NCBI GenBank assembly: GCA_018240865.1
Contig: JAFEEY010000042.1
Location: 14,545 to 78,544, forward strand
DNA: 64,000 nt
DNA from: Pseudomonadota bacterium
GTDB lineage: Bacteria > Pseudomonadota > Alphaproteobacteria > Sphingomonadales > Sphingomonadaceae
Direction of reading: 5' to 3'
Under the pieces are notes generated by a model. That model ran no database searches. It had not been told where the DNA came from and saw nothing but the letters and a program-made list of their open reading frames with translations. Every line of letters begins with the position of its first letter. Position 1 is the stretch's first letter. Positions 1 to 8,628 of the stretch are shown here, in pieces. The translations under genes and the position numbers were made by a program.

Positions 1-23
1 TCTTCGCTCATCGCGCAGCGGAC

Positions 24-707
24 ATGGCGCCTCCGACTACTCAGCCTGACGCCGCCCGCCTCGAGAAAGCCGTACGCGGCATTCGTAAGGACAAAAAGGG
101 AGAGCTCCCCGGAAAGAAGCGCGCGGCTGATGGGGACGTCCTTCGTGACATGCTCCGCAGTATCACAGGCGAGGATCTCCGCGCCTATCGCGACAGGGCG
201 CTGCTCGCCATCGGAATGGCCGGTGCAATGCGTCGCTCCGAATTGGTCGCGGTGACGGTCGGGCGGGTATCCGAAGATGGTCGAGGCCTGCTGATCCGCA
301 TTCCCTCCTCGAAAACCGATCAGGAAGGTCAAGGGCACACGGTCGCGATTCCAGACGGTCAGCGTCTCGAGCCGGTGCAGCATTATCGTGCATGGCTTGC
401 TAAAGCTGGAATCGATAGCGGGCCAATCTTTCGCAAGCTGACACCGCAGGGTCGACTGACCGAGAAGGCAATGAGCGCGCAGGGCGTAGCACTGGTCGTC
501 AAGGCGGCGGCTGTGGCTGCCGGCTATCCGCCGGAGCTCTTCGCAGGTCATAGCCTCCGAGCCGGTTTCCTGACCGAAGCAGGACGCCAGAACGCAAACC
601 TCTTCAAGATGAAAGAGCATAGCCGGCACGCTTCGCTCGAGATGGTCGCGGAATATGTCCGCGATCATGAGCGGTTCCGAGAGCATGCAGGTGAGGGCTT
701 CCTTTGA
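24..707 (+). CDS. Tyrosine recombinase, catalytic C-terminal part, probably 5'-truncated by the window edge
   Basis: R...HxxR...Y pattern (AMRRSEL, GHSLRAGF, LEMVAEYV). It shares an SK[TG]DQEG segment with the integrase at 60722-61960. The frame has no stop between nt 3 and 24. Confidence 0.8.
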   Translation: MAPPTTQPDAARLEKAVRGIRKDKKGELPGKKRAADGDVLRDMLRSITGEDLRAYRDRALLAIGMAGAMRRSELVAVTVGRVSEDGRGLLIRIPSSKTDQEGQGHTVAIPDGQRLEPVQHYRAWLAKAGIDSGPIFRKLTPQGRLTEKAMSAQGVALVVKAAAVAAGYPPELFAGHSLRAGFLTEAGRQNANLFKMKEHSRHASLEMVAEYVRDHERFREHAGEGFL

Positions 708-1381
708 AGTCACGCGGAGCCGCGATCTCCGCTGCCGCGCGTGCGATTAGCGTCCGCGCGCGGGCGGCAGGTGTAGCTGTGCGCGGTTGGGGTAGCGAAA
801 AAATGGCCCTGGTGCGTCGGCCAGTCCGCCGGCGCATCGCGCGAGCCAGGCGATACGCGCGCCGCACCTTCCTGCTTGGGTGGGGCGCAGCCGGATTGGC
901 CATTATCGTTCAGCTCCTGACGCCCATGGCTCTGCTGTATCTGTGGTTGAGCTCGCCGACGGCATCGAGCCATCTACCAAGTGCCGTCCTGCCATATGCG
1001 ACCGTCCTGGTATTTATGGCCGGATATGTGTGCATCATGGTGCTGGGGACCGCGGCAAGCATTATCCTGAAGGCCGCGATCAAGGGCTACAGCTCCGGCA
1101 CACGCAGCCTCGTTATCTTCCTGATGAGTATCGGACTTTATCTCTTCGTCGCATTCATGGGTGCCGTGGTGGGGCGTGAGGCGCCGAAACTTCCGGGGCA
1201 GGTCCCTGTGCTGCTGACGTTCTACATTGCGCTCTACGTGATGTTTTCTGGTTGGACCACCAAGCACATCTGGGACCGGATTACCGACGACGGTCGGGAC
1301 AGGCTGCACCTCTTCTTGGCTGGTCGCGCGATGCGACGCCGAGCGCAATCACGCCTTACGGCCGTTGCCAGGCGGTCGTGA
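704..1381 (+). CDS. Hypothetical membrane protein with about 4 TM segments; the real start may be the internal Met near 803
   Basis: Four long hydrophobic stretches in the ORF-track translation. ATGA overlap with the recombinase stop. No recognisable family. Confidence 0.4.
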   Translation: MKSRGAAISAAARAISVRARAAGVAVRGWGSEKMALVRRPVRRRIARARRYARRTFLLGWGAAGLAIIVQLLTPMALLYLWLSSPTASSHLPSAVLPYATVLVFMAGYVCIMVLGTAASIILKAAIKGYSSGTRSLVIFLMSIGLYLFVAFMGAVVGREAPKLPGQVPVLLTFYIALYVMFSGWTTKHIWDRITDDGRDRLHLFLAGRAMRRRAQSRLTAVARRS

Positions 1382-1853
1382 AGTCGAGAGCCTCGATCAT
1401 GTCGAAAAGAGAGCAGCACGGGACCCCGAAGTCACGACAGACATCAGGCACCTTCCGGTTGGCACCTTGCTTGCCGGGTTTCGATACCTCGAAGCTTACG
1501 ACCGTGCGTTCACCCGGCTCGACGCGTCCGTAGGCCACCAGAAAGGGATCGCGCCCGACTAGCTCGACGCCGTTCTCGTCGAGGGGACCATAGCCTTGCA
1601 GGGTTGTATCGGCGACCAGCGCGGGGTCGAGATCCTCGGCCAGGATCAGCGCCGCGCGGCAATCTTCGGTGCAGAGCCAGTCCACGATGTCGCCCCGACC
1701 GGAGGTGACCTCCTCGAATTGCTCCAATGGAATTTTGACGTTGCCGAGGGTGCCTTGGTGTCGCAGCCACTCCCAAAACACGGGAAAGCGCCGGAGCGGA
1801 TAGGCTCTGCGATCTCCAGTTATGAGCGTGTCGGCATCGAGCAGGTAGAGCAA
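1356..1853 (-). CDS. PIN-like (DUF4411-type) protein
   Basis: N-terminus LYLLDADTLI resembles the PIN/DUF4411 acidic start. TTG start lies 4 nt after a GAGGG SD and 10 nt after the stop of the ImmA-like gene. This pairing with ImmA/IrrE genes is typical. Confidence 0.55.
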   Translation of the reverse strand: MLYLLDADTLITGDRRAYPLRRFPVFWEWLRHQGTLGNVKIPLEQFEEVTSGRGDIVDWLCTEDCRAALILAEDLDPALVADTTLQGYGPLDENGVELVGRDPFLVAYGRVEPGERTVVSFEVSKPGKQGANRKVPDVCRDFGVPCCSLFDMIEALDFTTAWQRP

Positions 1854-1863
1854 GCGACCCTCG

Positions 1864-3015
1864 CTATGCCATCTGTTCGGTCATGCGACCGATCGCCGTG
1901 GGTTTTACGCCGAGCACCTTGCCCGCCTTGGTCGTCGTCAAGGCGCCACCCGCGACCATCCGATCAACAAGCGCGAGGAGACCCTGTCCAACCCGGTGGC
2001 GCCTTACGACATAATAGTCAGGCGCGCCTTTCGCTGGCTTTCGCGGAAACTCGAGACGGTCCTCATCGAACCGGGCGGCGAGCTGCCGGTACATGGCCGC
2101 ATCGATGAGGCGCTCCCGTAAGAGGTTGTAGGCGACCATCTTGCGGCTGACTTTGCGAGCGTTTGCAAAGACTCCGATTTGGTCGATCAATCCGTCTAGG
2201 TCGGCGACACCGGCGAGCTCCTGCAGCTCCTCGCGGCCAAGAAGGAATTTTGCCGCCGCGTCATCGCACAGCCGCTCGATCACCTGTTCGCTGTCATATC
2301 CGCTGATACCGCTCTGCCCCAAAAGGATGTGGCCGAGCTCATGAAGAAGCGTGAACGGCCAAGCTGCCTTGGAGTCCGTTTCATTGACGACGATGAACGG
2401 CGCGACCTCGTCCGCGAGAGCCATTCCCCGGAAAACACCTGGGCTGAGATTGCTCGTCCAGTGGCCGAGATTGCCGATGAGCAGCACATAGACGCCCGCG
2501 GCCTCGACCGCATCGCGCAAGATCCGGAAGGCTTGCTCGATCGTCCGGGCCTGGCGGTAACCAGCTCGATCAAGGTTCAGCAGTTCACCCATCGCCTGGG
2601 CAAGGGCATCCGCACCCGCCCGTGGGTCAATGGACCCGACGAACGTCCGGATTTCAGCCTCTTCGGCGTCTTCCAATGCACCACGGACGAGGGACTGGCG
2701 GGTGCGAACGTCACGGACTAGCGCACCGACGGTCGCCTCCGCTCCGGCCTCCCGATCCGGAAGCGTCCGAAAGTCATGGGTTCGGGGGGCCGCTGCCGGT
2801 GGTTCGGGTAGGTAGAACGTGAGCAGTGGACGACGATAGCGATCCGCCATTTTGAGCAATTGCGGGCGGCTGGGCTCGCGATCGCCCGCCTCCATCTCCG
2901 CCAGGCGTGCAGCGGCGCTTTCACCGCCAAGACCGATCCCTTTGGCGGCATCCTCAAGCGTCAGGCCCGCGCTCTCGCGCGCCCATGACAGGATCTGAGG
3001 ATTGACCTTCGGCAT
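1864..3015 (-). CDS. XRE-family HTH fused to an ImmA/IrrE-type zinc metallopeptidase
   Basis: N-terminal HTH (ILSWARESAGLTLEDAAKGIG) and an HExxH motif (LLHELGHILLG) in the central domain. Confidence 0.8.
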   Translation of the reverse strand: MPKVNPQILSWARESAGLTLEDAAKGIGLGGESAAARLAEMEAGDREPSRPQLLKMADRYRRPLLTFYLPEPPAAAPRTHDFRTLPDREAGAEATVGALVRDVRTRQSLVRGALEDAEEAEIRTFVGSIDPRAGADALAQAMGELLNLDRAGYRQARTIEQAFRILRDAVEAAGVYVLLIGNLGHWTSNLSPGVFRGMALADEVAPFIVVNETDSKAAWPFTLLHELGHILLGQSGISGYDSEQVIERLCDDAAAKFLLGREELQELAGVADLDGLIDQIGVFANARKVSRKMVAYNLLRERLIDAAMYRQLAARFDEDRLEFPRKPAKGAPDYYVVRRHRVGQGLLALVDRMVAGGALTTTKAGKVLGVKPTAIGRMTEQMA

Positions 3016-3136
3016 GCTTGGTGGGGCTACTCCGCTGATGATGTCCCCTTGCTATATGCCTATGGTGCAGGCCTCTGTCATCGCCGAAGCGCGGCGCGGA
3101 CGCTAAAACCGTTGAAACAGCAGGAGTAATGTCGAG

Positions 3137-3997
3137 ATGGGGCAGGCGAAGCAGCGAGCAGCCGCGCGTTCAGGAGCTCATGCGGAAATCGATGCTCGGC
3201 TGCGGGGGCTCGGCATCGACACCACCCAGTTCGGCTTTTTCGATCAGCCAGCCTTTGCGGCGGAGGAAGGTCGCGACGGCACCTTCCTCGATCAATATGC
3301 CTTGTGGGTGCAATCCCGCCCCCGCACCACCGAATATGATGAGCGGGTCCGTGCGATCGTGCCCCGGCTTGCCGAATTCCTGGCCGATCTGTTCGAACGT
3401 GAGAGTATGCAGCGTAGCTGTGTTCATGTCTCGTCGATGATGCAGCGTATCCTCGATCGGCTCGGCGTGTGGAGTTTCGGGCTGAAAGGCTCGATGATTG
3501 CCGAAGTAGCCAGCGCGGATCTCTGGCGCGGACAGTCGATGTGTGACCTCTCCGATTTCCCTGGCGCCGAATTGGGCCACGCCTGGGTCGTTGCGCCGCC
3601 ATTCATGATCGTCGACGGAACGGTCCGGCTGCAAAATCCCGCCGGCGACCCGATGAACAGGTACACCCCAGCCATCGTCGCGGTGGAGCATACGACGATG
3701 GTGAAGCCGACCGTCGACGACGTCGTTTCCGCTCAGCTTCGCGCCCGGATCGCTCGTGATGAAGGACGAGAAGACCCCCAACTCCATCACCGCCTGGTCC
3801 CAAACCTAAAGGATTTCAGTCGCAATTTCCCAAGCAGTGAGATTCGCTACGGCGAACTGGTACTCCGCTACGTCCCCGCTGGCGTGCGGATCAGCGATGT
3901 CGGGCTGGAGCAGATAAACGGCGCGGGCGAGAAACTTCGGGGTGATGAGGTTTGGAACGACCATGTCGCACCCGCCTTCGCCGACTTCATCGTTTGA
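3137..3997 (+). CDS. Hypothetical protein with a transglutaminase-like Cys-His-Asp core
   Basis: SCVHVSSMM ... GHAWVVAPPFMIVDGT matches the order and spacing of transglutaminase-like cysteine peptidase cores. Read by eye only. Confidence 0.4.
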   Translation: MGQAKQRAAARSGAHAEIDARLRGLGIDTTQFGFFDQPAFAAEEGRDGTFLDQYALWVQSRPRTTEYDERVRAIVPRLAEFLADLFERESMQRSCVHVSSMMQRILDRLGVWSFGLKGSMIAEVASADLWRGQSMCDLSDFPGAELGHAWVVAPPFMIVDGTVRLQNPAGDPMNRYTPAIVAVEHTTMVKPTVDDVVSAQLRARIARDEGREDPQLHHRLVPNLKDFSRNFPSSEIRYGELVLRYVPAGVRISDVGLEQINGAGEKLRGDEVWNDHVAPAFADFIV

Positions 3998-4029
3998 TCC
4001 GGTTGGCTCGCACGGGTCGCGCTAGCTTT

Positions 4030-4614
4030 TTAGGCGGTGCCGGCGGGAGCGAGCGTCTCGGCGCTGATCATCCTGACCGCGAGCTCGCTATGTTCAGCAA
4101 GCTGTTCGAGCAGCAAAAGGCTGTGAGCCTCGGCATCGTCCGCGCTGGTGAACATCTCCGTTGTGTAACGCCCACGCGCCATGCTGCAGCCTGGTCTATC
4201 CTGAACTACCGAGACGTAGCTGTCCGGCCAGCGACAGACGATAAGCCAGGGCCAGCCGGTGGTGGGTGGTTCATAGCGAGAAATCAGCACATTGTCTGAG
4301 ACCAGGGCCGATGGACGGTGGTCGAAAAAGTCTGGAGCCACGGGGCCCGGCCGGGGAAGGTCCAGAAGGCGTTCCGCTTCGGCTTGCTCGTGGTCGGTCT
4401 CCAAAATCATCGCGTAATAGCGTCCGAGCCCGAGACCGTCGCCGCGCAGCGGTGCGGGCACATCGATTAGGAGAACGCTTGGCGCTGAGATGATCGTCGA
4501 GGGATAGAGCGTTCTTCGTCGTGCAAGGTCATCGGACAGGCGGTAGGTCGCAAGGGTCATCTTTTCGTCCGTCGGTCGGAGCCATCGGCATCGGCTCATT
4601 GAAGCCGCCACCAC
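4030..4614 (-). CDS. Hypothetical protein; start uncertain (GTG 4614, ATG 4599 or ATG 4560)
   Basis: Open frame with coding-like composition, convergent with 3137-3997. No motif recognised. Confidence 0.3.
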   Translation of the reverse strand: MVAASMSRCRWLRPTDEKMTLATYRLSDDLARRRTLYPSTIISAPSVLLIDVPAPLRGDGLGLGRYYAMILETDHEQAEAERLLDLPRPGPVAPDFFDHRPSALVSDNVLISRYEPPTTGWPWLIVCRWPDSYVSVVQDRPGCSMARGRYTTEMFTSADDAEAHSLLLLEQLAEHSELAVRMISAETLAPAGTA

Positions 4615-4664
4615 CCTGCTTCACAAGCATCTGCAGATTCCGGCAAGAGGCAGACTATGATCAT

Positions 4665-5501
4665 ATGGCGCTGACTTTCAACGCGGTCCTCGACGGCGCG
4701 GGCATAAGGCCTGATTCCGTTCGTCTCCTGCGGCATCAAATGCATTCTGCGGGCCGGACGCCTTATTTGCTCTGGCGCGACGATCGGGCGGGCTTCCTCG
4801 TGTACCAAAGCCTTCAGACGGGCCAGAACCGCGCTCGGCTCGCCGCGCAATATTGGGCGAGCTTCGTGGTGACGCCGGCGGCCGCGACCCTGTTCGTGGG
4901 GCTTTACGAGATCTCGCTTATTGGAGATGCGCCCGACGACCTTGTCGACCCATTGCGTCACAAGTTGGCAACGGAGGGCGGTACTCGGCCGCTCGACCTC
5001 TACGCGCAGACGTCGGTTGGCGCGCTGGAGGACATGAGCGGCCGCCTGACCATCGACTGGGGTGCCGGTACGCGGAGTTGGATCCAGCGTGCCGGGAGCC
5101 AGTCAAAGGCTATACTCGAATTGAGCCGCACGTTTCAGGAGGAAGCGTTCCCAGGCTACGTGCGGTTCATCGGCAACCTCTCGGCGCTGGAAGCACTGCC
5201 AAAGGGCTGGATCGCCGCGCTTACCGCCGCGCGAGGCGTATACCTTCTGACCTGCCCGCGCACGCGCGAGCAATATGTCGGTTCGGCGACAGGCGAGAGC
5301 GGCTTCTTCGGCCGCTGGCTCACCTACGTCCGAGACGGTCACGGCGGCAATCTGGGTTTGAAAAGCCGCGATCCGAGTGACTATCAGGCCAGCATCCTCG
5401 AAGTGAGCGGTTCAAGCGCCACCGTCGAGGAGATCATCGCTGCAGAGCAGCTTTGGAAAGCGAAGCTACAAAGCCGGGAGATGGGCCTCAACCGAAATTG
5501 A
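4665..5501 (+). CDS. Protein with a C-terminal GIY-YIG nuclease domain and an unknown N-terminal domain
   Basis: GVYLLTC...EQYVGSATGESGFFGRW fits GIY..YIG. ATG 4665 was chosen because the longer ORF (4521) overlaps the divergent gene. Confidence 0.6.
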   Translation: MALTFNAVLDGAGIRPDSVRLLRHQMHSAGRTPYLLWRDDRAGFLVYQSLQTGQNRARLAAQYWASFVVTPAAATLFVGLYEISLIGDAPDDLVDPLRHKLATEGGTRPLDLYAQTSVGALEDMSGRLTIDWGAGTRSWIQRAGSQSKAILELSRTFQEEAFPGYVRFIGNLSALEALPKGWIAALTAARGVYLLTCPRTREQYVGSATGESGFFGRWLTYVRDGHGGNLGLKSRDPSDYQASILEVSGSSATVEEIIAAEQLWKAKLQSREMGLNRN

Positions 5502-5508
5502 GGCTGTT

Positions 5509-6066
5509 TCACCGACCGGCGTGAAGTGCCCGACGTGCCTCCTCGGTGATCGTGTAAACCGCTTGCCGCTGAGCGCCCCGATTTTGGTGATCCACCCGGT
5601 AGCCCTGATAATGCCGCCTGACGAAGCCGGCGCGAACCAACTCGGAAACGGCGCGGCTGACATTTGTGCGGCCGGACTGACGAACCCGCTTGCGAACCTG
5701 AGCGTCGACGATCCTGTTTGCCGCCACCGGATCGACCGGAAGGGCACACCTAGCCTCAAGGTCTTGTCGCACCTTGTTTGCGATCGCGAGACGACGGGGG
5801 TCGCGCTGAGCGACGGGAACCAGTGCGTCGCATAGCCAATCCCGGACGGGAATCCGGCGGTCACCCTCGCGGATGTACGGTCCCGCCGATCCCGTCTGAG
5901 CACTCGCCTGGGCGATCAAGTTGAGCACCATGAAGCTGTAACGCGGTCGCTCGCATACGATCGTCAGCCGCTCCAGAATGGCCGGTAGGTCAAGCGGGCG
6001 CGTAGGCTCTCCGGCTTCCACCGGCCGAGCACACTCCTCAAGGGAGAAGAGATCGGGCTGAAACAT
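5509..6066 (-). CDS. Hypothetical protein, possible winged-helix DNA binder
   Basis: ATG verified at 6066. The C-terminal basic helical segment (VSELVRAGFVRRHYQGYRV) is wHTH-like. This is a weak call. Confidence 0.4.
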   Translation of the reverse strand: MFQPDLFSLEECARPVEAGEPTRPLDLPAILERLTIVCERPRYSFMVLNLIAQASAQTGSAGPYIREGDRRIPVRDWLCDALVPVAQRDPRRLAIANKVRQDLEARCALPVDPVAANRIVDAQVRKRVRQSGRTNVSRAVSELVRAGFVRRHYQGYRVDHQNRGAQRQAVYTITEEARRALHAGR

Positions 6067-6208
6067 GGAACATTACAAGCACAGAGTGCCGGCAAAGTGA
6101 ATCCCGCACAGGAGGGCCACAAAGACTTTGACCGCTCGTGGCACTTCACCGAGCGAGGTAAAGTGCCGCGAGCGGTACGGATTTTTGACGGCGGGGCGCG
6201 GCTAGAGG

Positions 6209-7624
6209 GTGATGAGGATGCGGCTCTTAAACAACTTACGCAATTGGATAGCCAACGCGCTCCGTGTTGAGGAGCCGGCCGAGACCGCCGCGCTCCAAGA
6301 AACCAGCGAGCGTGATCTCCATACACTCGACAGCTGGCGACAGATGTTGTCGGGTCTGCCGCGAACGATCGAGTGCCCGCAAATGACGTTGTTCGGGCGC
6401 GACGAGGAAGGCGCGATCTTCAAGGGTTCGGGTCGCATCGAAATCGTCAGCACGACCAAGATGCGGTTCTATATGCATGCGGCGCCTTCGGTAGATTTGC
6501 GGCAGGCACTGGAGGTGTTCAACCGGCAGAAGTCGCAGCCGTATGACGCCCGTGACCTCCTCCGCTTGTTTGCGACGGACTATCGCGGGGTCGAATGGGT
6601 GGGCGGCTATACCCAGGTGGACTTCTTCGCCGACCACAATAACGGGTGGCCGCTGAGCGGCGAAATCGACGCACTGCACGCGCTGGCTAACGGCTACTGG
6701 GTATCGAAGCGGAGCAATGTCGAGCTGTTGCTCGTGCCGCCAATTGACCTGCCAATGAGCGAGCCGCTGACAACCACGGCATTCATCGGCGAGCGTCGTA
6801 TCTTGGCGAGCCGCGGGCCGGGCCAACACGTGATTGAGGTCCTCGGGACTAGCATCACCTTTTCGTATGAGCCGTCAGGCGAGGCGTTGTGGATCACTGC
6901 CGACGCGGGCGGGGCTCTCTCTCATCCGTTCTTGGAGAATTGGCTGACAGAGCCGCTGCGTATTCTGCTCGGCGTGCCGGTCTATCCGCGCATGGTCGCG
7001 CGCAACCTCGGTGACGGCACTGCGCATGTGTGGCTGCGGCCATCGCCGCGCCATCGGGAGCCGTCTGCGATCGGCTTGCTGCAGCCCTTCGCGATCGAAC
7101 ACGGACGGGCGGAAGCCTTTTGGAAGCTCTACGCCGACATTCTCACGTTCATCGTCAAGGCCGGATCTTTCGAAGCGAATCCGCTGACACGTTATTACGA
7201 TGAGCTCGCCGAAGCCCAGCTCGGTTCGCGCTGGGTGCTCACGCTGACGCTCGCCGGCGCGGCTGAGGCACTGGCGAACGAGTTGATGACCGACGACGAC
7301 AGACGGTCAGAATTCTCCGATGAACTTCTTGCGTCAATGAAAAAGCAGATCGAGGCGTGGAAGGACGACCCCGCCTTGCGCGGCCGAATGCTCTCCAACC
7401 TTGGGATGGTGAGCAAGCGCAGCGTCGTCGCCTTCATGCGCCAGCTCGGCAAGGCGGGCACGCTGGAGGCGGCGCACGTGCAGACTTGGTACGAGATTCG
7501 CAACTCGGTGATGCATGGCAATCTCGTCGAGCCGTGGTCCAGCGAGGAAGGCGACGCCCGGCTGCACCAGATGCTCGATCTCCTCCACGCGCTAACCCGC
7601 GCCCGGATCGCCGCTGGCCGGTGA
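6209..7624 (+). CDS. Hypothetical 471-aa protein with a C-terminal HEPN-type Rx4H motif
   Basis: WYEIRNSVMHGNL lies near the C-terminus in a helical context. The start is GTG 6209 or ATG 6212/6218, after a GAGGG SD. Confidence 0.5.
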   Translation: MMRMRLLNNLRNWIANALRVEEPAETAALQETSERDLHTLDSWRQMLSGLPRTIECPQMTLFGRDEEGAIFKGSGRIEIVSTTKMRFYMHAAPSVDLRQALEVFNRQKSQPYDARDLLRLFATDYRGVEWVGGYTQVDFFADHNNGWPLSGEIDALHALANGYWVSKRSNVELLLVPPIDLPMSEPLTTTAFIGERRILASRGPGQHVIEVLGTSITFSYEPSGEALWITADAGGALSHPFLENWLTEPLRILLGVPVYPRMVARNLGDGTAHVWLRPSPRHREPSAIGLLQPFAIEHGRAEAFWKLYADILTFIVKAGSFEANPLTRYYDELAEAQLGSRWVLTLTLAGAAEALANELMTDDDRRSEFSDELLASMKKQIEAWKDDPALRGRMLSNLGMVSKRSVVAFMRQLGKAGTLEAAHVQTWYEIRNSVMHGNLVEPWSSEEGDARLHQMLDLLHALTRARIAAGR

Positions 7625-8056
7625 TGCATCCCGTGGCTTATTCTGGGCTCGGCCTCTGTCGACGGGTCCTGCCTGCCTCGGCAGGGGGAAAGTGCGATCA
7701 CTGATGTAGTCGCTCAACGGCCAGAAGCCGTGCCACACCTTGAGAGCGCGCCGGGTCTGGACGTGGTCACGGTGCTCCGCCGGCGATCGAACCTTCGATC
7801 GGCGGACACCGTGGCGCTTCTGGTTACAATACCGACAGGCGGCCGCGATATTGGCGGCCTCATTGCCGCCTCCCTCGCATCTTGAACGTAGATGCTCTGT
7901 CGTAGCTTGATGGCGGGAGGATCGTCTCAGGGATAGGCCATACCGCCTCGCGAAAGCGCTTTGATCTGTGAGCCACATGGGCTGATCGCAGTAAATGCAC
8001 CGCTCGCGCTGGCGATTGAAACTGACGGCGCGAAGTTTCCGAACGTTGGTCAACAC
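7592..8056 (-). CDS. HNH endonuclease
   Basis: CIYCDQ ... TTEHLRSRCEGG ... NIAAACRYCNQKRH (CxxC...H...CxxC). GTG at 8056 follows an AAGGAGA SD. The ORF-track extension to 8302 is Arg/Pro-rich and was discarded. Confidence 0.7.
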   Translation of the reverse strand: MLTNVRKLRAVSFNRQRERCIYCDQPMWLTDQSAFARRYGLSLRRSSRHQATTEHLRSRCEGGGNEAANIAAACRYCNQKRHGVRRSKVRSPAEHRDHVQTRRALKVWHGFWPLSDYISDRTFPLPRQAGPVDRGRAQNKPRDASPASGDPGAG

Positions 8057-8337
8057 CTGTCTCCTTTGCGGATCGAGGTGGTGCGCCGCGGCAGTGTGCC
8101 GGTCGGGAGTGAGCTGCCGCTCGCGCACAGACGGCCTTCGGCTCGTCCCACAGTCCCGTGACCGAGGCTCTTGCCGTCGATCGCGGAGATAATGCCATGC
8201 CGCCCTGCAACGGGCAAGAATCGCGTGAGCGCATGCGTGCACCGCATGCGTGGTGGGGAGCGCCCCCCACGTGGTCGGAAAGACTTTTCCGGGAACCGGC
8301 AAAGTGTTTCCGGCTGGAACGACTTGGAGCCACTATT

Positions 8338-8625
8338 TCAGAGCGGTGACACCTCATCGTAGCGTCCCGCTTGGCGCAATTGGCGGACGATTCCATTGAA
8401 GGCAGCGGTCACACCCTGCGAGCGACCGATGTCATTGGTCTGGGCTGCCGCGTCCCAGAAATTTTCCAGAGGCCAGCGTTCCGGGCAGTGTTGAAGCAGG
8501 CAGCGCAAGGCCAAGCGTACCTCGACGACGTCGACGCGAGTGTCGGAGGATCGTGCGGTCGCGGAGCGAAGGATATGGACGGACAGGGCGATGACGACGC
8601 GCTGGTGGCGCGGAAGGGCGCTCAT
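8338..8625 (-). CDS. Hypothetical 95-aa protein placed directly after dnaE2
   Basis: The ATG at 8625 lies 3 nt downstream of the dnaE2 stop codon (8631-8629). No motif recognised. Confidence 0.35.
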   Translation of the reverse strand: MSALPRHQRVVIALSVHILRSATARSSDTRVDVVEVRLALRCLLQHCPERWPLENFWDAAAQTNDIGRSQGVTAAFNGIVRQLRQAGRYDEVSPL

Positions 8626-8628
8626 AGC

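Noticed and set aside
8267-8274. Extra CCACGTGG site as a fourth parS
   Set aside because: It is an isolated 8-mer without the GTTG/CAAC flanks. About two such 8-mers are expected by chance in a window of this size and GC content.
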